Positions 17,153 to 25,891 of a stretch of DNA of 64,000 nt are shown in pieces (the stretch's first letter is position 1; every line of letters starts with the position of its first letter). Source of the stretch: an uncultured Myxococcales bacterium (lineage in GTDB: Bacteria; Myxococcota_A; Polyangia; Polyangiales; Houyiibacteriaceae); the NCBI GenBank assembly GCA_965601515.1, contig CBFCWN010000004.1:8497-72496 (forward strand), in the 5' to 3' direction. The position numbers were made by a program, and so were the translations under genes. A model generated the notes under the pieces. That model did no database searches. It saw nothing but the letters and a program-made list of their open reading frames with translations, and was not told the origin of the DNA.

Positions 17153-18541
17153 ATGCCTTCCCTGGCGCTGATTTCGACGAATGCCGAGCTGCACGAACAG
17201 CTGCGGGCGGTTCTCGGGGGAACCGGCTGGTCCACCGAGCTCGTCGCACCCGAGTCCGCCTCCGCGGAATGTACCGCGTACGACGTCGTCGCCCTAGACG
17301 GCGCCTCCCCGGCGGCTGCCGGTGCCTTCCAGGCGCTCGACCAGCCCCTGGTTCTCATCGTCGACGGGGCTCATGACGAGGTCGAGGACCGGGCGGCCGA
17401 CGATATCGTGTTCGTCCCGCTTCGCCCGAAAGAGCTGGCGATTCGTCTCGATCGCTTGCTCGCGAGGCGCTCCACCGAGAGCCTTCGGCGGCGCTACGCG
17501 AAGACCTTTGCATCGGTCACCTTGGGCGTCGTCGTGCTCGGCCCGGACTCGCGGATGGTGTTTGCGAATCCGCGCTCGTACGAGATTGTTGGACATCGTG
17601 AAGAGACGGTGACCGCCGACGACCTCGACAAGATCGTCGCGCCCGGCGACCTCCCGCTGATTCGGGACGCGCTCGCCAGCGGGCAGTATCCACAGGGCAT
17701 GGACATTCATCTCATGCGACGAGACGGAACGCCGATCGTCTGCAGCTGCTCGTTCTCGAAACTGCGCGACGCCGAGGATCACACCGTCGTTGCCTTCGAG
17801 GACGTCACAGAACAGCGCAATACCGAGCGTGAGCTGCTCAAGACCATGCAGTTTCTCGAGTCGCTCATCGATGCGAGCGTCGACGCGATCGTCGCAACCG
17901 ATGTGGACCGCCGCGTCGTCCTATTCAATCCGAGCGCCGAACGGATCTCTGCGCGTCACGTCGCAGACGTGATCGGGCAGGTGACGCTCGAGGACCTGCT
18001 CGGCACCGCATCGTCGGAGCTCGTGATGAAGCGTTTGCTCGACCCGGAGTACGGCGGCGAGGGACGGCTCGAGCCGACCATGCTCGACCTCATCGATGCG
18101 TATGGCGAGCCGATCCCCGTACGGCTGTCGGCGTCGGTCATTCACGAAGGCGGGAAGCCATCGGCGATCGTCCTCATCTTCGGAGACCTACGCGACCGGA
18201 TCCGTGTCGAAGAGCGGCTCGCCGAGGCCCAGAAGAAGCTCGCATTCACCGAAAAGCAAGGGGTGCTGGCCGAGCTTGCCGGCACGGCGGCACACGAGCT
18301 CAACCAGCCGCTCACGTCGATGATGGCGTACGCCGAGCTCTTGCTGCGGCAGTCGGAGCCCGAATCTGCACCCGCCAAGGCCGCGAAGGTGCTGATGCGC
18401 GAAGCCGAGCGCATGGCGGACATCGTCCGCAAGATCGGCAAGATCACTCGCTATGAAACCACGGCCTACGTCGGTCACCAGAAGATCTTCGACTTGGACC
18501 GAGCCGCCGATGCAACCTCGGACCCGGGAGCGGAGAGCTGA
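17153..18541 (+). CDS. receiver-like / PAS / PAS / HisKA protein lacking an HATPase domain
   Basis: The N-terminal receiver-like fold has no obvious acidic pair. Two PAS-like regions follow. H-box LAGTAAHELNQPLTSMMAYAELL. The protein ends ~45 aa after the DHp helices with no N/G1/G2 boxes. Confidence 0.8.
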   Translation: MPSLALISTNAELHEQLRAVLGGTGWSTELVAPESASAECTAYDVVALDGASPAAAGAFQALDQPLVLIVDGAHDEVEDRAADDIVFVPLRPKELAIRLDRLLARRSTESLRRRYAKTFASVTLGVVVLGPDSRMVFANPRSYEIVGHREETVTADDLDKIVAPGDLPLIRDALASGQYPQGMDIHLMRRDGTPIVCSCSFSKLRDAEDHTVVAFEDVTEQRNTERELLKTMQFLESLIDASVDAIVATDVDRRVVLFNPSAERISARHVADVIGQVTLEDLLGTASSELVMKRLLDPEYGGEGRLEPTMLDLIDAYGEPIPVRLSASVIHEGGKPSAIVLIFGDLRDRIRVEERLAEAQKKLAFTEKQGVLAELAGTAAHELNQPLTSMMAYAELLLRQSEPESAPAKAAKVLMREAERMADIVRKIGKITRYETTAYVGHQKIFDLDRAADATSDPGAES

Positions 18542-18543
18542 GG

Positions 18544-20232
18544 ATGGACGACCCCGCTCAGAAGAAACCCGACTCAGGACGCAACAGCCTCGAACCGAGG
18601 GTGTCGGCCGTGAAATCTATCGTGTCCAAGCGAAGGCGACACGGTGGTCCCGAGCTACCTGAGATACTCGCGTCGCTTCGAACCGCGCAGGAGCAGCTCG
18701 AGGGGTTCGCGACAGATGAGAAGGTGTTGCGCGAGCACGTGCATGCACTCGAGCGTCTGTACCCGAATCTACGTTTTGTCATGCGTCTGGCAGGATCGCC
18801 GGGCGCCCGAGCCCCCATCGTCCAAGCGGCCACGCATCACGTGCGGCCAGAGGCGATCGATGTCGTGTCGATCACGGAAGCGGGACTGCTGCGCGCGGGG
18901 TACGCGCCGCCCACGGCGCGGCCCGCGGGGATGACGCTTCGACGTACGTACGAGCCCGTTCTCGTCTCGGACGAATCATCCGACGCGGCCTTCTCCGACG
19001 GACTCGACGTCCCGCTCTCGATCGGCAACGAGGTGATCGGTGTGCTCGCAGCGGAGCTCGACCGAGGCGCCGAGCTCCCCCCGCGACTCGAAGATGCGCT
19101 CCTCGTCACGGCGAATCAGGCCAGCCAGTCGCTCGAATCGAGCCGTCTTCGGCGCGAAGCCCTTCACCTCCGCGATTATCTCGAGAAGCTCCTCGAACAC
19201 GCGAATATCCCGGTTCTCGTGGTGGGCCGCGACCGCAGCATTCGCGTCGTGAGCCACGCGTTCGAGCGCATCACCGGGCTCCAGCGCGATCAGCTGAGCG
19301 CGCGCGACGTCCTTCAACTTGCGGGTCAAAGCGAGAGGGCGCGGGTGCTGTCCGCTTTCGTCAGCGCGATACGGGGTCGCGACGTCACGCCTTTCGAGCT
19401 GCGACTCCCGAGAGCCGGCGGCGGGCACGCTCGCCTTTCTTTCTCACTCGCGCCCATTCTCGATTCGGAAGGCCGCGCCGCCGGCGTCATCGCGATCGGC
19501 CAGGACCGCACCGAGCTTCGAGAGCTCGAGGGACAGGTCCTTCACGCCGAGCGCCTGGCGACGCTCGGTCAACTCGCCGCGGGCATCGTTCACGAGATCA
19601 ACAATCCGCTCACGAGCATTTCGGTCTACAGCGAGTATCTGCTTGCCAAGCTGAAGCGCGGAGGCGCGGAGATCGCGGACCTCGAACGTGTCGAACGCAT
19701 CTTGCAGAGCTCTGACCGCATCACGTCGTTCACGCGCAACCTGCTCACCTACGCGCGTCCGTCGAAAGAAGAAGCACAGCCGCTCGACGTCAACGCCGTC
19801 GTCGAGGAGGCGCTCGGGTTTTGCGACCATCTGATCCGCGAAGCGCGAATCACCCTGGAGCTAGATCTCTCGGACGGACTCCCGGAATGCAGCGGCGTGC
19901 CCGGTCAGCTGCACCAGGTGTTCGTCAACCTGATCACGAATGCATGCAACGCTGCGAAGGAGCACGGAGGCGACCTTCGCATTACGACGCGCCCGGTCGG
20001 TCGCGACCGAATCCAGATCCTCATGCAGGACAACGGCGTCGGCATCCCGGCCGAGGACCTCGAACGCGTGTTCGAGCCGTTCTTTTCGACCCGGCGTCGC
20101 GGCAAGGGAACCGGCCTCGGCCTCTCCATCGTCAACAGCATCGTCGAGCGTCATGGCGGCGACATCCACATCGAGAGCGAGCTCGGCCGTGGCACGAGCG
20201 TCTGCGTCACCCTTCCTAGCGCTGCTCCGTAA
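18544..20232 (+). CDS. sensor histidine kinase (sensory N-terminus, PAS, HisKA, HATPase_c)
   Basis: H-box LAAGIVHEINNPLTSI, N-box NLITNACNA, G-boxes QDNGVGIP and GTGLGLSIV. Its start is 3 nt after the preceding stop. Confidence 0.9.
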   Translation: MDDPAQKKPDSGRNSLEPRVSAVKSIVSKRRRHGGPELPEILASLRTAQEQLEGFATDEKVLREHVHALERLYPNLRFVMRLAGSPGARAPIVQAATHHVRPEAIDVVSITEAGLLRAGYAPPTARPAGMTLRRTYEPVLVSDESSDAAFSDGLDVPLSIGNEVIGVLAAELDRGAELPPRLEDALLVTANQASQSLESSRLRREALHLRDYLEKLLEHANIPVLVVGRDRSIRVVSHAFERITGLQRDQLSARDVLQLAGQSERARVLSAFVSAIRGRDVTPFELRLPRAGGGHARLSFSLAPILDSEGRAAGVIAIGQDRTELRELEGQVLHAERLATLGQLAAGIVHEINNPLTSISVYSEYLLAKLKRGGAEIADLERVERILQSSDRITSFTRNLLTYARPSKEEAQPLDVNAVVEEALGFCDHLIREARITLELDLSDGLPECSGVPGQLHQVFVNLITNACNAAKEHGGDLRITTRPVGRDRIQILMQDNGVGIPAEDLERVFEPFFSTRRRGKGTGLGLSIVNSIVERHGGDIHIESELGRGTSVCVTLPSAAP

Positions 20233-20311
20233 AACTACGTAATCACTAGACTTTTTAGTTTTTGCGGAATCAAACCGTTGCCTCGCCGGTTAGGAGCGCA
20301 ATACGGAGGAC

Positions 20312-21709
20312 ATGTTGATGATTCGCACTTTGCTTCGGCAGCCCTGGACATATGCGGCTGCCGCCCTGATCGCCGTAACCGCACTTGGAACCGCCTCGGC
20401 CTCGCCGAAGCGCAACCAACAGGAAGACGACGCCCTCTCGCGGGCTGTCGCGTTCGAGTCTGCGCTGACCGGAGTCGCCGAACGCGTCTCACCCTCGGTG
20501 GTGAGCATTCAGGTGGAGGTGAACCGCCCCGCCAACAACGGGCTTCCATTCTTCTTTGGCGGACAGGGACGCGGCGGCATCGTCCGGGGTGGCGGCTCGG
20601 GCGTGATTCTTCGTTCGGACGGGTACGTTCTCACGAACAACCATGTCGTCGCCGAAGCTGCGCGGATCGACGTGAGCCTCGAGGACGGAAAGACCTATCC
20701 TGCGAAGCTCGTAGGCTCCGACAAGGCAAGTGACCTGGCCATGCTCAAGATCGAGGCTCGCGGCCTACCGCAGGCCTCGTTTGCGTCGTCGGAGGCGGCT
20801 CGGGTGGGCCAGTTCGTCATCGCGATCGGCTCACCTTTCGGCCTCGACTACACGGTGACCACCGGCGTGCTTAGCGCAAAGGGTCGCGGTGGAATCGGTG
20901 CGAACGAGATCGAGGACTACCTGCAAACCGACGCCAGCATCAACCCTGGCAACTCCGGCGGACCGCTGGTCGACCTTCAGGGCCGCGTGCTCGGAATCAA
21001 CACGATGATCATCGGACGTGGCTCGGGAATCGGGTTCGCGATCCCCTCGGAAATAGCGCAGCGCGTCGCGGAGCAGCTCATCAAGAACGGCGAGGTTCGT
21101 CGCGCCTGGCTCGGGGTATCCTTCCAAGAGATCACGCCCGAGCTCGCGTCCCACTTCGGCGGTGACTTCGACGGCGGCGCATTGATCAACGGGGTCGTTC
21201 CCGAAGGGCCGGCGGACAAAGCGGGCCTTCGGCCGGGCGACGTGATCACAGAGGTCGATGGCGAAGACATCCGCGAAGGACATGACCTTCTTCGAAACGT
21301 CCTCCGACACGACGTCGGAGAGCGGCTCAGCCTGCGAGTGCTGCGCGGCAGCTCGACCAAGAAGATGACGGTCGTCGCAGGGGAGCGGCCAAACGACGGG
21401 AAGTCGAGGGCGCAAGAACCCGCGCCCGAAGCAAACGGCCTCCTCGGACTTTCGCTCGAGAACATCACGCCTCGGATGCGAGAGCGCTACCGCTACGAGG
21501 GCGAAGGCGAGGTGGTCATCGCCAACGTCGAAGCGGGGTCCGACGCCGACCGAGCCGGACTGATGCGCGGCGACATCATTCTCCAGGCCGACCGGAAGCC
21601 CGTTCGCAGCGTCGACGACGTGAGAGCCGCTCTGTCCGACGGCAAGGCGCTCTTCTACATCGAGCGCGAGTCGCAGCGATTCTTCAAGCCCATCGAGCAG
21701 ACCGACTGA
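20312..21709 (+). CDS. HtrA/DegP-family periplasmic serine protease with two PDZ domains
   Basis: Signal peptide; catalytic regions LTNNHVV and GNSGGPLVD; two PDZ-like regions. GGAGG lies 7 nt upstream of the ATG. Confidence 0.9.
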   Translation: MLMIRTLLRQPWTYAAAALIAVTALGTASASPKRNQQEDDALSRAVAFESALTGVAERVSPSVVSIQVEVNRPANNGLPFFFGGQGRGGIVRGGGSGVILRSDGYVLTNNHVVAEAARIDVSLEDGKTYPAKLVGSDKASDLAMLKIEARGLPQASFASSEAARVGQFVIAIGSPFGLDYTVTTGVLSAKGRGGIGANEIEDYLQTDASINPGNSGGPLVDLQGRVLGINTMIIGRGSGIGFAIPSEIAQRVAEQLIKNGEVRRAWLGVSFQEITPELASHFGGDFDGGALINGVVPEGPADKAGLRPGDVITEVDGEDIREGHDLLRNVLRHDVGERLSLRVLRGSSTKKMTVVAGERPNDGKSRAQEPAPEANGLLGLSLENITPRMRERYRYEGEGEVVIANVEAGSDADRAGLMRGDIILQADRKPVRSVDDVRAALSDGKALFYIERESQRFFKPIEQTD

Positions 21710-21712
21710 GGA

Positions 21713-23239
21713 TCAGCGTGCGATCGTGATCTGGATGGCCGGCCCGCGCGCTTCGACGCGATAGGCGGGCTGCCGTCCAGGCACGAAGCGCACCGTCAGC
21801 TCGGAGAAGTCGCCTCGATTGAGAATACTCGCGTGCTCCACATCGGGGTGCGAAGCCGCGATCGGTCCGGCTCGTGATAGGGAAAGGCTCCCTGGAATCG
21901 TTACCGAGAAGCCGCCCTCTTCGACGATGCCGTCCATCACCGTGACGGGATTGCTCATGCGGAGCACGTGGACTTCGCCGCCGGGCACGGAGTCCGCCCC
22001 GAACGCTTCGCCTTGGACCGGCTTCGGAGGGAGCGGCACCAACTGTTCGACGACCGGCTCCGCTTCCACGGGAGCCGCGACGGGTTCAGCGACTGCGACC
22101 TCCGATGACGCCTCCGGTGCCGGCTCGACCTCTTCGCTCGACGCCTCTTCGATGGAGCCCGTGCTGCTGGCCGCCGCCCACAGATAGATGCCCCAGCCAG
22201 CGCTTACGATGCCCGCCACCATCCCGACGAGGATGAGGATTCGTCGTCCACTTCGGCGGGTGTTCTTCAGGTGCGCACGGGCCGCCTGGCTTCGAGGGAC
22301 CTGCTTTCGGCGCGGCTTGTCTTCGAGTCGATCGCGGAGCGCGGCCACGAACCGTCCAATGAGCGCGAAGAGCTCTTTGAACTTGGTTCCAGCCGTTGGA
22401 ACCAGACCTTCGGTCACCGCGGATCGAGCGCTCCCCGCGGTGCTTGCAAGCTGACCGGCGGCAGAACGCGCATAGTCACGAATACGCAGGGTGAGCGGGT
22501 CGCTCGTCGGTTCGGCGCTCTTGTCGTAGCGAACGACCTGCGGCGTGTCGTGAATGCGCTCTTCGGACGGTCGGCTTGCCCGAACGACGGGCGGCTCGTC
22601 CGGCATGGTATCGCGCGTGATGTTGTCGATGCCTGACTCGCGCTCCCCCGGCACCTCGGAGTATCCGATGCTTAGAACGAGACGAGGGGTCTCCTCGTCC
22701 ATCCGAAGCTCGACCGCTTCGAGATGGCCTCGACGGCCCGTGGTCTCGTTGGTCAGCGTGTTTCCGATTGCGAGAAACGGAAGGGGCTGCTCGACCGTGA
22801 GGGAGTCGTGGGTCTCTGCACCAAGCTCCGCGACGATGGCCGAGTCGATTCCGTCGAGCTGCAGTCGAACGGTGGGCGCCTTGGCGGATGATCGCCCCCA
22901 TCGCTGAATCAACGCTTCGATGCGAAGCTGGTCATCCGGGGAAAGGTGAGTGAACCGAATCCCGAACTCGCCCGCGTGCTCACCGCTGTCGTGCGCCCAC
23001 ACGACGCGACCGATCATCTCGATGGCCTCACCCCCTGTCGGGCTGTCGAGCTGACAGCGAAGCGTCGAACCGACACGAGGTAGAACCGACGCTCGCATCG
23101 AGAGCCCACCCGCACCTACATTGATGCCGTCGGCCTCGAAGCTCTGGTGAAAGCCCTCCGGGTGGAGCTTGATCAAGACCTCGTCGAGCGGCACGCGAGG
23201 GGGCCGAGGCGCTTGATAGTAACCAGTCGAAGTATCCAT
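21713..23239 (-). CDS. PilZ domain protein with one TM segment and a C-terminal AMIN-like domain
   Basis: Start set to ATG 23239 (MDTSTGYY). PilZ-like region GGLSMRASVLPRVGSTLRCQL ... GRVVWAHDSGEHAGEFGIRF. TM segment ILILVGMVAGIVSAGWGIYLWA. The AMIN call is tentative. Confidence 0.7.
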   Translation of the reverse strand: MDTSTGYYQAPRPPRVPLDEVLIKLHPEGFHQSFEADGINVGAGGLSMRASVLPRVGSTLRCQLDSPTGGEAIEMIGRVVWAHDSGEHAGEFGIRFTHLSPDDQLRIEALIQRWGRSSAKAPTVRLQLDGIDSAIVAELGAETHDSLTVEQPLPFLAIGNTLTNETTGRRGHLEAVELRMDEETPRLVLSIGYSEVPGERESGIDNITRDTMPDEPPVVRASRPSEERIHDTPQVVRYDKSAEPTSDPLTLRIRDYARSAAGQLASTAGSARSAVTEGLVPTAGTKFKELFALIGRFVAALRDRLEDKPRRKQVPRSQAARAHLKNTRRSGRRILILVGMVAGIVSAGWGIYLWAAASSTGSIEEASSEEVEPAPEASSEVAVAEPVAAPVEAEPVVEQLVPLPPKPVQGEAFGADSVPGGEVHVLRMSNPVTVMDGIVEEGGFSVTIPGSLSLSRAGPIAASHPDVEHASILNRGDFSELTVRFVPGRQPAYRVEARGPAIQITIAR

Positions 23240-23370
23240 CCAACTCTCCCGATCGCGCGTGACGAACCGCGCCCTTTGGAGTGGTGCCAAAGCTCGCCTG
23301 CACGGGCCACTTTTCTGCAACCCACTTCCTTGACCCACTCGAAGCGCGGCAGCAGTCTTGGCCCGCTTCG

Positions 23371-24030
23371 ATGGGCGTCCGGATCAAGGTGCAATCGCTG
23401 TGGCCTGGGGCAGAGGCATCGACCTACACCTACGAGTTCGCCCAATCTCGCGTGGTGATCGGACGTTCGCGGAGTGCGGATGTTCAGCTCCCTCATTCCG
23501 CGGTGAGTGGGACTCACGCGAGTATCCGGACCGAGGGCGCGGGCTACGCCCTCCTCGACGAAGGCTCGACCAACGGAACGCGCGTCAACGACGCGCCGCT
23601 CGTCCCGGGACGTGCGAAAACCTTGCGGCCGAATGACACGATCGACCTCGGCGGCTACCGAATGACGGTGGAGCTCGGCGTGCCAGTCGCCCAGACGATG
23701 TCGGCGCGACTCGCGGCGGACTTCGCGAAGCAGATGCTCGAAGAGCGGGTCGGGATAGAGCCTTCACAGGACCTGGATGCGCAGCTCCGGGACATCCAAG
23801 CCGGGGGCGACGAGCGCGTGGAGCTCCTGCCGATCCAGAGGCTTACCCCGAGCGTGCCACCTAGCGCCCGGGAATCGCGCCCCTCGCGAGCGCGAGTCTC
23901 GAGTCCGGAAGCCGCCTCGAACGGAGGCCCCGCACCAAAGCTCGCGCGGAGCGAAGTCGCCGTGTACGCGCTGGCAGCCCTCGTGGTCGCGGCCAGCGTC
24001 ATTGCCATGGCGCTGCTGCTGCGGCCCTAG
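23371..24030 (+). CDS. FHA domain protein with a C-terminal TM anchor
   Basis: Start set to ATG 23371. FHA region VVIGRSRSADVQLPHSAVSGTHASI ... GSTNGTRVND. C-terminal hydrophobic helix. Confidence 0.75.
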   Translation: MGVRIKVQSLWPGAEASTYTYEFAQSRVVIGRSRSADVQLPHSAVSGTHASIRTEGAGYALLDEGSTNGTRVNDAPLVPGRAKTLRPNDTIDLGGYRMTVELGVPVAQTMSARLAADFAKQMLEERVGIEPSQDLDAQLRDIQAGGDERVELLPIQRLTPSVPPSARESRPSRARVSSPEAASNGGPAPKLARSEVAVYALAALVVAASVIAMALLLRP

Positions 24031-24791
24031 GCGTTTCGAAGGTAGATCAGACGCAGGCCCTCGAGGGTGAGGTATTCATCGACCTCCTCGATGGTCTCGC
24101 TATCGGGCTCGATCAACGACGCGAGGCCGCCGGTGCCAATGACCGAGACCTCTTCGCCCATTTCGCTCGCGAGGCGCCGAACCAACCCGTCGACCAACCC
24201 CACGTAGCCGAATACGATGCCGGCCTGCATCGAATGAACCGTGTTGCGACCGATGGCGCGAGGCGGGCGAGCGATTTCGCTTCGAGGCAAACGGGCCGCG
24301 CGGCTAAAGAGGGCACTTGCGCTGATCTGCATTCCGGGTGCGATCGCACCACCGAGGTACTCGCCCTTCTCCGAGATGCAGTCGAAGGTGGTCGCGGTGC
24401 CGAAGTCGACGACGATGGCAGAACCCTGAACTCGCTCGTAGGCCGCGACGGCGTTCACGATGCGGTCGGCTCCGACCTCGCGCGGATTCTCGTAGAGGAC
24501 CGGCATCCCGGTTTTGATGCCTGGACCGACCACCATGATCTCGTGATCGAATGCGCGGTCGACGGCATCGATGATCGTGTCGTTGAACGACGGGACGACC
24601 GACGCGAGGATGCTGGCACGGATGTCGGTCCGCCGAACGCCCGCCAGCTCGAGAAGGTTCAGCAGAAGGACGTGATATTCGTCGCTGGTTCGACCCTTGG
24701 CGGTCTCCACGCGGAAGTCGTGTACGAGGCGATCTCCGTCGTAGAGACCGAGCACCGTATGGGTGTTCCCGACGTCGACGACGAGGAGCAT
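24027..24791 (-). CDS. coaX: type III pantothenate kinase
   Basis: MLLVVDVGNTHTVLGLY ..., DFGTATTFD, GTGGLA. Confidence 0.9.
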   Translation of the reverse strand: MLLVVDVGNTHTVLGLYDGDRLVHDFRVETAKGRTSDEYHVLLLNLLELAGVRRTDIRASILASVVPSFNDTIIDAVDRAFDHEIMVVGPGIKTGMPVLYENPREVGADRIVNAVAAYERVQGSAIVVDFGTATTFDCISEKGEYLGGAIAPGMQISASALFSRAARLPRSEIARPPRAIGRNTVHSMQAGIVFGYVGLVDGLVRRLASEMGEEVSVIGTGGLASLIEPDSETIEEVDEYLTLEGLRLIYLRNA

Positions 24792-25289
24792 CTACCGGGG
24801 CCGAAGGGACAGGGTCTGCTCCAGCAGCTCACCGAAGGTGCTGGGCCTCGGAAACTCCGGCGGCTCCGTCGCGACGACGACCCCCCCGGCGCTCGGTGAC
24901 ATGCTCTGAGGGCGAATCGCCTCGGGGCCCGAGCTGGGGGCAGAGCGCATCGAGCCGGAAGAGGCCCGCTTAGCGCGAGCCTCCGGACTCGACGAGAGTC
25001 TCTCGACGCGGGGAGGCTGAGACGAATAGCGGGTCGGACTGTCGATGCCAGGCGTCGTCGGTGGTTCAGGGAGCGGATCGGGTGCAGCCTGGGTCGGCAT
25101 GCCGCTCGACACCGGCGCGACCTGCCGAGCGACAGGTGGCGAGCTCGGCGCCGCCGCGGCTGCGGCAGTCGTTCCGGATGCCGTTCGGATGCGCTCGACG
25201 GCGTCTCCTGCACGTGTGATTCGCTCTTCCGGCCGCTTGGCGCGGACTTTGTCGAGCAGTGATCGAAGTCGGTCTTCGCGATCGCTCAT
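24792..25289 (-). CDS. low-complexity Pro/Ser/Ala-rich protein, unknown function
   Basis: Start set to ATG 25289, which forms an ATGA overlap with the upstream stop. Its stop abuts the coaX ATG. It is predicted disordered apart from the N- and C-terminal ~30 aa. Confidence 0.45.
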   Translation of the reverse strand: MSDREDRLRSLLDKVRAKRPEERITRAGDAVERIRTASGTTAAAAAAPSSPPVARQVAPVSSGMPTQAAPDPLPEPPTTPGIDSPTRYSSQPPRVERLSSSPEARAKRASSGSMRSAPSSGPEAIRPQSMSPSAGGVVVATEPPEFPRPSTFGELLEQTLSLRPR

Positions 25290-25834
25290 GACGCCCTCTT
25301 CGTGTCGAGCATACCTACGATGGCGGCAAGATCTGCCCCATCCTTGTACCAACCCCAAACGGTTTCCGCGACCTCGAAGTCGACCATGATGAACTTCGAG
25401 TCGCCCGTCGGAACGCAGGATACCTGCCGCTGCGAAATCTCAGAAAACATGCCGCCCAGCAACGCCGCGGCCCCAAGCTCGTCTTCGTCGAGCTCGGGCT
25501 TGTCGCGCAGAGCGACGACGAGCGCTGCACCCCATCGCTCGAAACCAACTCCGCCCCACCCAAAGAGCGCCGTGACCGCGGAGGTGTGCCCGAGAATGAC
25601 CTCTGGTGTGAGCACCGAAGCAGGTCGGTCGAGCCCGCTGAGCACCTGCTCCCCGAGAAGCTCGCCCAATCGCCGAAGAGGGGTGAGATCGCCATCACGT
25701 GCCGCCGCTTCGACGAGCGCGGACAGGACGCCCTCGCTGAGCATTACAACGCGCTCTCCGCCGCGGGTACGAACGGTGCCGCCCTTCAGATTGAACTCGT
25801 AGAAGCCGCTAGGATCAAAACGGCCGTCGTGCAT
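25286..25834 (-). CDS. conserved hypothetical protein
   Basis: Start set to ATG 25834, preceded by GGAGGGGG. No family recognised. Confidence 0.6.
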   Translation of the reverse strand: MHDGRFDPSGFYEFNLKGGTVRTRGGERVVMLSEGVLSALVEAAARDGDLTPLRRLGELLGEQVLSGLDRPASVLTPEVILGHTSAVTALFGWGGVGFERWGAALVVALRDKPELDEDELGAAALLGGMFSEISQRQVSCVPTGDSKFIMVDFEVAETVWGWYKDGADLAAIVGMLDTKRAS

Positions 25835-25891
25835 ACGTCCCCCTCCTGCGTGGATGTAGAAGGTATAGGCCGATCGTGTCAAATGCATTAG

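Noticed and set aside
20190-20206. A sigma54-promoter-like TGGCACGAGCGTCTGC about 105 nt upstream of the HtrA-family gene
   Set aside because: The GG-to-GC spacing is one nucleotide longer than the strictly conserved -24/-12 spacing, and the -12 element reads CTGC rather than TTGC. It also lies inside the kinase coding sequence.
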